This document shows positions 10,491-19,702 of a DNA stretch of 64,000 nucleotides, piece after piece. The notes beneath the pieces were generated by a model, which saw only the letters and a program-made list of their open reading frames with translations, had not been told where the DNA came from and did not search any database. The stretch covers positions 64,001-128,000 of the forward strand of contig CAVRCI010000014.1 in the NCBI GenBank assembly GCA_963719495.1. Reading direction: 5' to 3'. This stretch comes from an uncultured Verrucomicrobiae bacterium. Its GTDB lineage: Bacteria; Verrucomicrobiota; Verrucomicrobiia; Chthoniobacterales; JAATET01. A program made the position numbers and the translations under genes. Position 1 is the stretch's first letter; every line of letters begins with the position of its first letter.

Positions 10491-11960
10491 ATGTCCTTTC
10501 GCATTACCTTCATCGGGGCCGGTTCCATCGGCTTCACGCGCAAACTCGTCGCTGACCTGCTGTCGATTCCGGAATTCAACGACGTCGAGTTTGCCTTCAC
10601 CGACATCGACCGGGAGTATCTCGCGATGGTCACCGACCTTTGTCGGCGGGACATCGAGCACAACGGGTGCGCGGCACGGATCGTTTCGACGACGGATCGT
10701 CGGGAGGCCCTCCGGGGGGCGCGCTACGTTTTCTGCGTGGTTCGAATCGGGGGCCTCGAGGCGTTCCGGAGCGATATCGAGATTCCGCTGCGTTACGGAG
10801 TGGATCAATGCGTGGGGGATACCCTGTGCGCGGGCGGCCTGATGTATGCGCAGCGGGGAATCCCGGCGATTCTGGATTTCTGTCGGGACATTCGCGAGCT
10901 GGCGGAACCGGGATGCCTGCTGCTCAATTATTCGAATCCCATGGCGATGCTGACCTGGGCGGCCAACGTCTACGGCGGGGTTCGCTGCGTGGGGCTCTGT
11001 CACGGCATCCAGCACGGCGGCGTGCAAATCGCGAAGGTGCTCGGAGTCGAACCCGGCGAGGTCAGCTACGTCTGCGCGGGGATCAATCACCAGACCTGGT
11101 ACGTCGACGTGCGGGTGGGCGCGCGGCGGATCTCCGGCGATCAACTGCTGGCCGCGTTCCGGAAACATCCCGAATTCTCGCGGACGGAGAAGTGTCGCAT
11201 CGACATGCTCGAGCGGTTCGGAGTCTACAGCACGGAAAGCAACGGACACCTGAGCGAATACCTCATGTGGTATCGCAAGCGCCCGTCGGAGATCGGAAAA
11301 TGGTGCGATCTGGAGCTGTGGATCAATGGCGAGACCGGCGGGTATTTGCGCATCTGCAACGAATCGCGGGATTGGTTTGCCCGGGAGTTCGCGCGCGGAG
11401 CGGAGGGGCATCCGCCGCTCGTCTACGCGGAGGAAAACCGCTCCGAGGAACACGGTGCGTTCATCCTGGAAGCGCTCGAGACGGGTCGCGTCTACCGCGG
11501 ACACTTCAATCTCCCGAACGGCGGAGCCATCAGCAATCTCCCGGAGGATGCGCTGATCGAAGGGCCGGGCTTCGTGGATCGACATGGAATCCAGATGGTG
11601 CCGGTCGGCGATCTGCCCCTCGGCTGCGCGGCGGTGTGCGCGCAATCGGTCTCCGTGCAGCGGCTGGGTGTCGAGGCGGCGGTCCACGGCGATCCGTTGC
11701 TGCTGAAGCAGGCCATGCTGCTCGATCCGCTGGTCGGGGCGGTGTGCGATCCGCCGGAGGTCTGGCAAATGACGGACGAACTGCTCGTCGCTCAAGCCAA
11801 GTGGCTGCCGCAATATCGGACCGCCATTGCGGCTGCCAAGCGGCGGCTCAAAAAGGGTGAATTGATCGAACCCGTCGCCTCGCCGGGATACCGACCGGCG
11901 AAGAAGGAACTGGCTCGTCGCGCGAAATCGCGCGTGTCGAAGGATCGAGCGACTCGTTGA
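10491..11960 (+). CDS. GH4 NAD-dependent alpha-galactosidase/alpha-glucosidase
   Basis: ITFIGAGSIGF, IPLRYGVDQCVGDT, LLNYSNPM, GLCHG, GINHQTW, TESNGHLSEY. Confidence 0.92.
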   Translation: MSFRITFIGAGSIGFTRKLVADLLSIPEFNDVEFAFTDIDREYLAMVTDLCRRDIEHNGCAARIVSTTDRREALRGARYVFCVVRIGGLEAFRSDIEIPLRYGVDQCVGDTLCAGGLMYAQRGIPAILDFCRDIRELAEPGCLLLNYSNPMAMLTWAANVYGGVRCVGLCHGIQHGGVQIAKVLGVEPGEVSYVCAGINHQTWYVDVRVGARRISGDQLLAAFRKHPEFSRTEKCRIDMLERFGVYSTESNGHLSEYLMWYRKRPSEIGKWCDLELWINGETGGYLRICNESRDWFAREFARGAEGHPPLVYAEENRSEEHGAFILEALETGRVYRGHFNLPNGGAISNLPEDALIEGPGFVDRHGIQMVPVGDLPLGCAAVCAQSVSVQRLGVEAAVHGDPLLLKQAMLLDPLVGAVCDPPEVWQMTDELLVAQAKWLPQYRTAIAAAKRRLKKGELIEPVASPGYRPAKKELARRAKSRVSKDRATR

Positions 11961-11961
11961 G

Positions 11962-13740
11962 TCAGGGCGCGGCGCGGCGGGGTGCGTCGGGTCGAGTCTG
12001 CATCGTCTCGACCGCGGTCGCGAAGACGGCGAGGACGCGACCCAGCTCCGACTCCTTGTTGCGCGCTCTCCAGACGTGGGTCAGGCCGTCGCGCAGCTCA
12101 CCGGCGTGCCGGGCCACCGTGGCGACAGGGACGGGCGGCTCCGGGGAGCGTCCGGCCCGGTGCAGGAGAACGAGAAGGATTTCCTCCATGACCCGCTGCC
12201 CGAGCAGACCCACCCGGATCTCCGCTTTCAAGAGCGCGTCCACGTCCGGGGCACCTTCCAGCACCGCTTCGATGCGGGCGTGCAACTCGTGCAGTCGGCT
12301 CGAGGCGCGTTGGTGCACGGTCGCGGGCTGCTCGAAACAGCCGTTGAAGATCCCGGTCGCGGCGTCGAACCACGACTCCGGCACGTTGCGGGAGCGGGGT
12401 TGAAAGGTCCGCGCCAGATCGGTCCACCGGGCGGCCTGCGCCTCGGAACTCTCGGCGAGCAGCCCCCAGAGCGTGCCGGTGGCATCCCCGAAAACCACGC
12501 GGGACGCCATCGCTGGGAAGTGGTCGGTCGCGAGCGCGGGCGCGTGACAATTCCAAGCGGCGGCGGCTCCGAGTGCCAGAAGGGGCAGGGTCGGCCCAAG
12601 GGAATTGATGTGCCCGCAATCGCCCCAATCGGTGAGCAGAAACCCGGACGCGCGGTGGGCGAGTCCGAGCCGGGCGTAGCCCACGATGTTTTCGCGGGCG
12701 TGGGTGTAGGCGGGGATCCAGCGGTCCCACGTCTGCGCGCCCGAACAGACGTAGAATGAGCGTCCCGACCGGTCCAAGGATTCGCAATTGGTCTCACCAA
12801 GTTCCGCGGAGTAGTCCCAATCCAGCAGGATCGCCGATTCGGGGATTTCCGGGAGGAGTTCCGGGTGGTGACGCATGACGTCGCCCCAGAAGAGCGGGGT
12901 CGCGTCCGCTTGCTCGACGAGACGGATGACTTTTTTCAGAAAGTTCACGTAGAGACGCCCCTTGCCGACGGCGGCCGCGACTTGCCGGTTTCGACCGTTC
13001 CCGAGATCGAATGTCTCGTCGCAACAGATGTTGAAATACCGCGAGCGAAACAACGGTCGAACTTCGCGAATGATCGCTGCCACCAGCGCGAGACTCTCGG
13101 GATTCTCGCAATCCAGCGTGTAATGCATCATCCGATCCCACCAATTGAAGTCGTCCTTCGAGGCGTCTCGCTCCAGCTCGTTGAGGTGGGGAAATTTCCG
13201 CTGAATCCAGGTGCAGAAATGTCCGAACGTGCTGAACGACGGAACCAGGTCGATGTGCAACTCGGCGCACCGCGCGTCCAGGGCGCGGATCTCGTCGGCA
13301 GTGAGTGGGTCGGCGCCAGCCCACACCTCGGGATGTTCCCGGAAGGCGTAGGTGTGCTCGACGTAGAGTTCGAGGTGATTGAGTTTGAATGCCGCGCAGG
13401 TCTCCGCCAGGTCCAGCAGCGTCGCCAGGGTCGGGACCTTCCCCCGGGTCACGTCGTGGTAAAAGCCGCGAACGGGGAAGTCGGGCCAATCGACGATCTC
13501 CAGACACGGCAGCCGGGTTGGAAAGGCTCGCCGCAATTGCCGGAGCGTCTCGTCGGCGAATTGCAGCCCCGCCGCGGTCGGGGATTCCAACGCGATCTCT
13601 GCGGGTGAGATCACGATCCGATACGCCTCGGTCTCCGGTCGCTCGATGGACGTGATTCGCCGGGTCGGGTCGGTGACCGCGGGGCAGTCGCCGTCGCGTT
13701 CGCGGAGGACCTTCGGAGGCGGGATCAGGTCGGCTACCAA
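11962..13740 (-). CDS. GH20 family beta-N-acetylhexosaminidase-like protein (start approximate, TTG)
   Basis: IVDWPDFPVRG, LYVEHT, TFGH, NICCDET catalytic DE pair, LLTDWGD.GH. Confidence 0.85.
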   Translation of the reverse strand: MVADLIPPPKVLRERDGDCPAVTDPTRRITSIERPETEAYRIVISPAEIALESPTAAGLQFADETLRQLRRAFPTRLPCLEIVDWPDFPVRGFYHDVTRGKVPTLATLLDLAETCAAFKLNHLELYVEHTYAFREHPEVWAGADPLTADEIRALDARCAELHIDLVPSFSTFGHFCTWIQRKFPHLNELERDASKDDFNWWDRMMHYTLDCENPESLALVAAIIREVRPLFRSRYFNICCDETFDLGNGRNRQVAAAVGKGRLYVNFLKKVIRLVEQADATPLFWGDVMRHHPELLPEIPESAILLDWDYSAELGETNCESLDRSGRSFYVCSGAQTWDRWIPAYTHARENIVGYARLGLAHRASGFLLTDWGDCGHINSLGPTLPLLALGAAAAWNCHAPALATDHFPAMASRVVFGDATGTLWGLLAESSEAQAARWTDLARTFQPRSRNVPESWFDAATGIFNGCFEQPATVHQRASSRLHELHARIEAVLEGAPDVDALLKAEIRVGLLGQRVMEEILLVLLHRAGRSPEPPVPVATVARHAGELRDGLTHVWRARNKESELGRVLAVFATAVETMQTRPDAPRRAAP

Positions 13741-14264
13741 CGCACCGAGTCGATCAAGACGCTCCCGCTGAAGCCGGGCGCGATCAGAAACTGAACGCCG
13801 ACACTTTTCACCCGTGCCGCGTCGCCCGGCAGCTCGAATGCGATCGGCGTCCAGCTTTCCCTCCGCGGATTTTCTTCCCATTGGTTCTTCATGACGTCGC
13901 CGTCCATCGTCACGTAAGGCGCGACCACGGACACTCCGGGGTCCCCCGGCAACCAGTATGATAGCTGCACGACGTCGCCGGGTTGGAGGTCGGGCGGGTC
14001 CTTCAACTCGACGTTGCAGAGTTGCGGCTCGTCGGTCGTATTGTTCAGGACGATGCACAAGCTCGACTCGCCGGTCACCGCCTCGTCCACGCTGGTGGTG
14101 ACCGACTCGATGGAGGGATTTTCCCAGGCGCTCATCCAACCTTCCGTGCCCGTCTCGAAATCGGACCGATCCGTCGTCTCGCCGTCCTCCGCCCGGACCG
14201 AGCCAGGTGCCGCCATGGCGGCGGAGATTGCCCAGAGAATCAGCGGGAGGAGGGAGGGTTTCAT
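13734..14264 (-). CDS. Secreted small protein, probable carbohydrate-binding (jelly-roll) module
   Basis: Signal peptide; DFETGTEGW N-terminal motif and ID.VRW C-terminal end typical of CBM-like beta-sandwiches. Confidence 0.6.
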   Translation of the reverse strand: MKPSLLPLILWAISAAMAAPGSVRAEDGETTDRSDFETGTEGWMSAWENPSIESVTTSVDEAVTGESSLCIVLNNTTDEPQLCNVELKDPPDLQPGDVVQLSYWLPGDPGVSVVAPYVTMDGDVMKNQWEENPRRESWTPIAFELPGDAARVKSVGVQFLIAPGFSGSVLIDSVRW

Positions 14265-14310
14265 GGCGTCACCTTGCCGACTTCCGAGCTCCCACTCAAA
14301 CCATCCTGGA

Positions 14311-14324
14311 TGCAATCAGTTACA
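14311..14324. promoter_or_regulatory. Candidate LacI operator tgcaatcagttaca
   Basis: Near-palindrome 47 bp upstream of the 14264 start; 13/14 match to the reverse complement of 15597-15610. Confidence 0.55.
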
Positions 14325-14477
14325 ATGGGTGTGATAGCGAAAAGGTCAAAGGGGCGAGACGAAGAAAGCGCCGCGGAAATTGAAGACGGCTGGCGCGGCG
14401 CGACCAGCCCCACCCAGTCGGGTAGGGAACGTCGCGCCGCGCGTTCCCTTGCTCTCTCTGCCCACTTTCGCAACCAG

Positions 14478-15566
14478 TTACAATTCCCGCGGACTCGGCG
14501 TGGCGCGCACCTCGGGAGCCGTTCGACCGGGCTGCCACACGCCGGTGAGCAGGGTTTGAAAGGGGAAATCCGGCTGGCCGCGCTCGCCCTTGCGAACAAG
14601 CTTGTCGAGGATCTCGATGGCGCGCGGGCCGAAGTCTTCAATTCGCTCGTTGGTCGACGCGACGCTTGGGCGCTGGTTGGTCCCGTCGACGCCGATGTTG
14701 ATGTAGGCCACGTCGTCGGGGACTTTCTTTTTGATCAACTCGAGCCACCACAGGGGCGACGCGTTATCGGAGATGATGACGTCGGGTTTTTGCTCGCGGA
14801 GCCACTTGCGAAACGCGGGCAGGTAGCTCGGGTGGTCGACGCGGCTGGGGTTTTCGCTCTCCCACGTGTGAATTTCCGGCTGGGGACCGTGGGCGCGGAC
14901 GAGCTTCTCTCGCTCCCACCAGAGGAGTCCCGTGCGGCTGGGATCGATGAACGAGGTGAGGTGCAGGAATCCAATCCGGCGATAGCCCAGCGCCACCGCG
15001 TTCTCCACGGCGAGCCGCGTGAGCTGCCCCCAATTGGGCCCGAGGTTGTGGTAGCGCAGGCTGTGCGCGTTGAGGCCGAAGACGATCACCGGGAACCGCT
15101 GGAGAAACGGGCAGTCGAGGATCTCGCGTTGGAGGGCCAGGACGAAGATGCCCAGCACGCCCCGCGCGTAAAGCTGGCGGAAGAGGGTCTCCGGCGGCAG
15201 CTCCGCGCCGCATTGGTAAAAGTCCAGGTGGTAGCCCATCTCCTCCGCGCGTTGCCTCGCAAAATTCGCGACGGCCCGGTGATAGTCGAAGGCCGGCTCG
15301 GCAAGAGGAGTCAATTCAATGATGTCGCCGACCAGGGCGAGCGATTGCCAGGTCTGCGCGCCGCCCCTCGTGCGCCGGTAGGCCGAGAAGGCGCTCATCA
15401 TCGGATCAGGCCGATAGCCCACGGCTGCCGCCGCGTCCCGCACCCGCTGCCGCGTCGCCGCCTTCACGCATTTGAGTCCCTGTAACGCGCGGGACGCCGT
15501 CGCGGTGCTGACGCCCGCCCGCCGGGCAACTTCCGATAAGGGGACCCGGGGGTTTGGCGGCGGCAT
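14478..15566 (-). CDS. LacI-family transcriptional regulator
   Basis: N-terminal HTH LSEVARRAGVSTATASRAL..VGYRPDP; periplasmic-binding-like C-domain (GYRRIG, KPDVII, VPDDVA). Start taken at ATG 15566. Confidence 0.9.
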   Translation of the reverse strand: MPPPNPRVPLSEVARRAGVSTATASRALQGLKCVKAATRQRVRDAAAAVGYRPDPMMSAFSAYRRTRGGAQTWQSLALVGDIIELTPLAEPAFDYHRAVANFARQRAEEMGYHLDFYQCGAELPPETLFRQLYARGVLGIFVLALQREILDCPFLQRFPVIVFGLNAHSLRYHNLGPNWGQLTRLAVENAVALGYRRIGFLHLTSFIDPSRTGLLWWEREKLVRAHGPQPEIHTWESENPSRVDHPSYLPAFRKWLREQKPDVIISDNASPLWWLELIKKKVPDDVAYINIGVDGTNQRPSVASTNERIEDFGPRAIEILDKLVRKGERGQPDFPFQTLLTGVWQPGRTAPEVRATPSPREL

Positions 15567-15596
15567 GACTCCAATGAAGCGGGGCCGGAGGGTTTG

Positions 15597-15610
15597 TGCA
15601 ACTGATTGCA
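15597..15610. promoter_or_regulatory. Candidate LacI operator tgcaactgattgca
   Basis: Near-perfect palindrome in the divergent lacI / PEP-CTERM intergenic region. Confidence 0.6.
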
Positions 15611-15695
15611 TGTTTTCCGACTTTCCTTCGCTTGGGGTCGTTCTAAATTTAGCCTCCAACTCCAGTGACAATTCCCAACCCCACCTAATCCACCC

Positions 15696-16400
15696 ATGAA
15701 ACGTATCCTCCTCCCCCTGTTGACCATCAGCGCCCTTGCCCTCTCCAGTGCCAGTGCTCAGACCATTCTCGAAATTAACTTCGACTCCGCCCCGGCTGGG
15801 TTCACGCAGACCAATGCGTTCACGAACGGCACCCCGGACCCGACGAAATCCTACAGCGTTGTGAACACCGCGGGAGTCGGCGGAACGAACGGTGGCGTTG
15901 CGACGATGGACTCGACCGGTCTGACGGGCGCGACCTTCCTAGACTTTCAGAATCAGACGTACACCAACGCGCGCGTCAATACCGCGACCAGCACGAATCA
16001 GGCGGACTACACCCTCACGTTCGACGTCCGGGCGGTGGGCCTCACCGGTGCCTCGGCCTTTGGTGGCGCCGAGTTGTTCTTCGAGGATGGCTCCATTCAG
16101 CGGAACTTCACGGGCTCCTTCAATATCACGTCATCGTATACGCCGGTTTCCTTCTCGTTGTCCGAGTTGGGCGGTGGATCTGGAACCATCACGGACTTTG
16201 CGTCGACCCTCAATACTGGGACCTTCTCGTTGAGGGTCGCGGCCCCTGGCGCGTTGAACGATTTCGCCCTCGCGAGCGGGAACCAGATCATCGTCGACAA
16301 CATCTCGATCCAAGCCGTCCCCGAGCCCGCCACGCTCGTTTTGGTGATTGGGTCGCTGGGATTCGTGATGATCGCTATGCGCCGCCATCGGCGCGCGTAG
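15696..16400 (+). CDS. PEP-CTERM sorting domain surface protein
   Basis: Signal peptide; VDNISIQAVPEP + TM + RRHRR. Confidence 0.9.
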   Translation: MKRILLPLLTISALALSSASAQTILEINFDSAPAGFTQTNAFTNGTPDPTKSYSVVNTAGVGGTNGGVATMDSTGLTGATFLDFQNQTYTNARVNTATSTNQADYTLTFDVRAVGLTGASAFGGAELFFEDGSIQRNFTGSFNITSSYTPVSFSLSELGGGSGTITDFASTLNTGTFSLRVAAPGALNDFALASGNQIIVDNISIQAVPEPATLVLVIGSLGFVMIAMRRHRRA

Positions 16401-16484
16401 CTCGTCGGGGCGACTCGTCGAGCATGTCGCGCGCGGAGCAATCCGCGCGCGTTTCTCATCCCTCCATCCCTCATTGCATAATTA

Positions 16485-18851
16485 ATGAAACCATTCCGAA
16501 GCTCGTTCCTTCTTTCGATTTTTCTCACCGCGTTGGTCGCTCGGGCCGATCCGGCTGGCGGGGATTTGTCGAATGCTTATGAATTCAAGCCCATCAAAAT
16601 CGGCGGCGGCGGATTCGTCACCGGTCTACAGATTCATCCGCGGGAGGGCGGTCCGATTTACGCCCGCACGGATGTGGGTGGTGTTTACCGCTGGGATCCG
16701 GTCGGTGCGGTCTGGAAGCAGTTGATCGTCGCGGGGGGGCTGCCGGAGACGGTGTTGGGGGCGGAGGCGGTGGACTCGGGTGACGGCACGCCCGGCCCGG
16801 GTTATCGCCGGGTCAGTCTTTACCAAACGGAGAGCATTGCCATCGACCCGAGCGACCCCGAGGTCCTGTTCGTCGCCGCCGGGAACACGACGGGCCAACC
16901 CGGCACCCTGCTCAAGAGCACGGACCGCGGAGTGAGTTTCGAAGAAATGAACCTCACCGTCCCGATGGCCGGCAACGCGGACTACCGGTTTTTCAACGAG
17001 CGGCTGGCGGTGAAGCCGGATGATTCGAGCGTCGTGCTCTTCGGTTCGCGAACGGAGGGGCTCCAGCGGAGTGCCGATGGCGGCATGAATTGGTCGCGGG
17101 CGGAGACCGTGCCGGTCGGAGAGCCGATCGACGGCACGGCGGTGGGCGTGGGCCCCGTGGTCTTCGATCCCTCGTCGCCGGAGCGGGCGTATTGCTCGGT
17201 CGCGCGGACGGGAATCTTCCGATCCGACGACGCCGGGGCGACCTGGGAGAAGATCAGCGATCAATGGGCCGACCGGATGAGCTGCGCGCAGGGGGTGCTC
17301 TACGTGGCCCGCGTCGGGCAGGGCGTGAGCAAATACACGGGCGACGGGGAGTGGACGAGTATCGATCCCCGTGGCGACAAGAGCATCGTCGACGTGGCGG
17401 TGGACCCCGCGGATGCGGCGCACCTTTACGCGATCCGATCCGGCGGGCAGAGCCTCTACCGCTCGACGGACGGGGGCGAGAATTGGACCAAGCTGAAGCC
17501 CGATTCGCTCAGCCCCGAGGGGCGCGCGTTGTTTCAATCGACGAACATCCCGTGGGTCGAAAATACGGACGTCCGCGACTGGCTCTCGGTGGGAACGCTG
17601 ATGTTCGATCCGAGGGAGCCCGGCACGCTCTGGTTCTCCGAAGGGATGGGCGTCTGGAAGTCGACCGACGCGACTCCAGAAAACGATGCGCCGGTCTTCG
17701 TCAACACGTCCCAGGGCATCGAAGAACTCGTGGCCGGTGACATCCTCGCCAGCCCCGGCGGGAAGGTGACGTTGGTCACGCGGGACCGGGTGGGCTTCCA
17801 ACGGTCGCACGAGACTTTGGACGAATTCCCGGAAGAGCAGATCGGCCTGTCCCAGGAATTTGGCATGGGCATCACGCTGGCCTCCTCTGCGGGCACGCCG
17901 GACTTCCTTGTGGCCTCGGTCGCCGACTCGCGCACCCCTCCCGTGATGGGTGGCTACGACGGGTGGGGCGTGAGCAGCGGATTCTCCGAGGATGGTGGTG
18001 AGACTTGGGAGGTTTTTGGTTCCGTCGATCAATCCAGCGAATCCAACGATCCCGAGACGCTCATGTTCGGCGAGATCGTGGTGAGTGCCGAGGACACCGA
18101 CCGGCTCGTCTGGCTGCCGCGTCTCCCGCACTGGTTCATCAAGGACGGAAAGGCCGCCTACAACGAGGCGGGGAAGCCGGAGGACGCGCAGGCGATCCAT
18201 TATTCCAAAGACCGGGGCGCGACCTGGCAGCGGGCCGAAATCGGCGATTACGAGGATCTTCGGCAGGAGTATCTGACGGTCAAGCGGTCGCTTGCCGCCG
18301 ACTCGGTCGATGGCGATACCTTCTACGCCTACGACACGGGCGGGAGGATCTTTGCTTCGGAGGACGGGGGCGCGACGTGGGCCGAGCGTTTTGCCGGAGG
18401 CAGTCTGCCATCCCATGCCTTCGCGAACGTCCTGCGTGCCGCTCCGGGGAAGGCGGGGCACCTCTGGTTTGCCTCGGGATGGGACTACCGGGGTGGTGCC
18501 GATTACGAGGGGCTTTATCGCAGCACGGATGGCGGGTCGAGCTGGAACAAAGCGGAGGGATTTTCGACGACCTGGCAGTTTGGCTTCGGCAAACCGAAGA
18601 CCGAGGGAGGTTATCCGACGCTGTTCGTCTACGGTCGCTACCACGACGAGTGGGGGCTCTACCGATCCACCGACGAAGGATCGTCCTGGAAGTTGATCAG
18701 CCAGTGGCCGCTGGGGATCGCGGATCACGTCCTCACCGTCGCGGGCGATCCGGACATCTTCGGCCGGGTGTATCTGGGCTGGGCGGGAAATGGATTTGCC
18801 TACGGGACACCCATCGATGGACCAGCCAACGACGAGGAAAAAAGCGAATGA
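16485..18851 (+). CDS. Secreted GH74 xyloglucanase-like hydrolase (paralog of 8124-10370)
   Basis: YEFKPIKIGGGGFVTG, RTDVGGVYRW, NERLAVKP, Asp-box repeats, RDRVGF, GDPDIFGRVYLGWAGNG. Confidence 0.85.
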   Translation: MKPFRSSFLLSIFLTALVARADPAGGDLSNAYEFKPIKIGGGGFVTGLQIHPREGGPIYARTDVGGVYRWDPVGAVWKQLIVAGGLPETVLGAEAVDSGDGTPGPGYRRVSLYQTESIAIDPSDPEVLFVAAGNTTGQPGTLLKSTDRGVSFEEMNLTVPMAGNADYRFFNERLAVKPDDSSVVLFGSRTEGLQRSADGGMNWSRAETVPVGEPIDGTAVGVGPVVFDPSSPERAYCSVARTGIFRSDDAGATWEKISDQWADRMSCAQGVLYVARVGQGVSKYTGDGEWTSIDPRGDKSIVDVAVDPADAAHLYAIRSGGQSLYRSTDGGENWTKLKPDSLSPEGRALFQSTNIPWVENTDVRDWLSVGTLMFDPREPGTLWFSEGMGVWKSTDATPENDAPVFVNTSQGIEELVAGDILASPGGKVTLVTRDRVGFQRSHETLDEFPEEQIGLSQEFGMGITLASSAGTPDFLVASVADSRTPPVMGGYDGWGVSSGFSEDGGETWEVFGSVDQSSESNDPETLMFGEIVVSAEDTDRLVWLPRLPHWFIKDGKAAYNEAGKPEDAQAIHYSKDRGATWQRAEIGDYEDLRQEYLTVKRSLAADSVDGDTFYAYDTGGRIFASEDGGATWAERFAGGSLPSHAFANVLRAAPGKAGHLWFASGWDYRGGADYEGLYRSTDGGSSWNKAEGFSTTWQFGFGKPKTEGGYPTLFVYGRYHDEWGLYRSTDEGSSWKLISQWPLGIADHVLTVAGDPDIFGRVYLGWAGNGFAYGTPIDGPANDEEKSE

Positions 18852-18969
18852 CGACGCCATCGATTTGCTTATCCGACGTGAGCCGCGGACTGGCAAAACA
18901 ATGCCGTCGGCTTTAGTTTTCACCTGAAACGTTCAATCCCCAGAACCCCCATACCCCCCCAAAACCCCC

Positions 18970-19671
18970 ATGAAACCCCCAAAAACAGACAACGCCGCGG
19001 CGTTCACCCTCATTGAACTTCTCGTGACGATCGGGATCATCGCCACCCTCCTCGCACTGATCGTCCCCGCGGTCCGGGGAGGAATGGATCAGGCAAAAAT
19101 CGCCGAGACGGTTTCCAATCTCAGGCAGGTGGGGATCCTGATGAATCGATACGCCAGCGAGAACAACAACCGCTACCCGGCGGGGGAGGACACTTCGAAG
19201 AGCGGTGGCGAGAGGTATTGGATTCGTCGGCTGGTGGATGAGACCGGAGTGAGTCGGGGAGACGAGGCTCACAAGCTCTTCAACGCGCCGATCGCGCCGA
19301 AGCAGCCGATCCTTCAGGACAGCCAATACATTTCGTCGGCCTTCACCGGCAACGTCGCGATCCTGGGGACATTGCCAAATGCCGAGGGATATTCCACCGC
19401 CAAGTCTCGCGTCCAACTCGACCACCCGAGTCGGACGATTCTTGCCATGACCGGTGAGCAATCACTCTGGAGTAACGGCACGACTTCCTTCTTCTACAGT
19501 CCCTGGCCGTTCTCGGGGACGAAACCGGTCGATTCCCGTCTGCCGGTGACCGAGGGGGCCGGTGCAATCGGCTACTACGTCCGGGGCAAGGCCGCGGTCC
19601 TGATGGCATCGGGACACGTCGAGCTCATCGAAAAAGGCGAGATCACGTGGGGTAACATTCAGGGCTACTAG
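18970..19671 (+). CDS. Prepilin-type N-terminal cleavage/methylation protein with an H-X9-DG-like C-terminus
   Basis: A^FTLIELLVTIGIIA, SNLRQVG...YA.EN, C-terminal KAAVLMASGHVE. Confidence 0.85.
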   Translation: MKPPKTDNAAAFTLIELLVTIGIIATLLALIVPAVRGGMDQAKIAETVSNLRQVGILMNRYASENNNRYPAGEDTSKSGGERYWIRRLVDETGVSRGDEAHKLFNAPIAPKQPILQDSQYISSAFTGNVAILGTLPNAEGYSTAKSRVQLDHPSRTILAMTGEQSLWSNGTTSFFYSPWPFSGTKPVDSRLPVTEGAGAIGYYVRGKAAVLMASGHVELIEKGEITWGNIQGY

Positions 19672-19702
19672 TGGGCTGACCGCGCGTCCGGCAGCTGATT
19701 TC

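Noticed and set aside
13741..14139. N-terminal extension of the GH20 ORF
   Set aside because: Overlaps the CBM-like gene in another frame and reads as shadow sequence.
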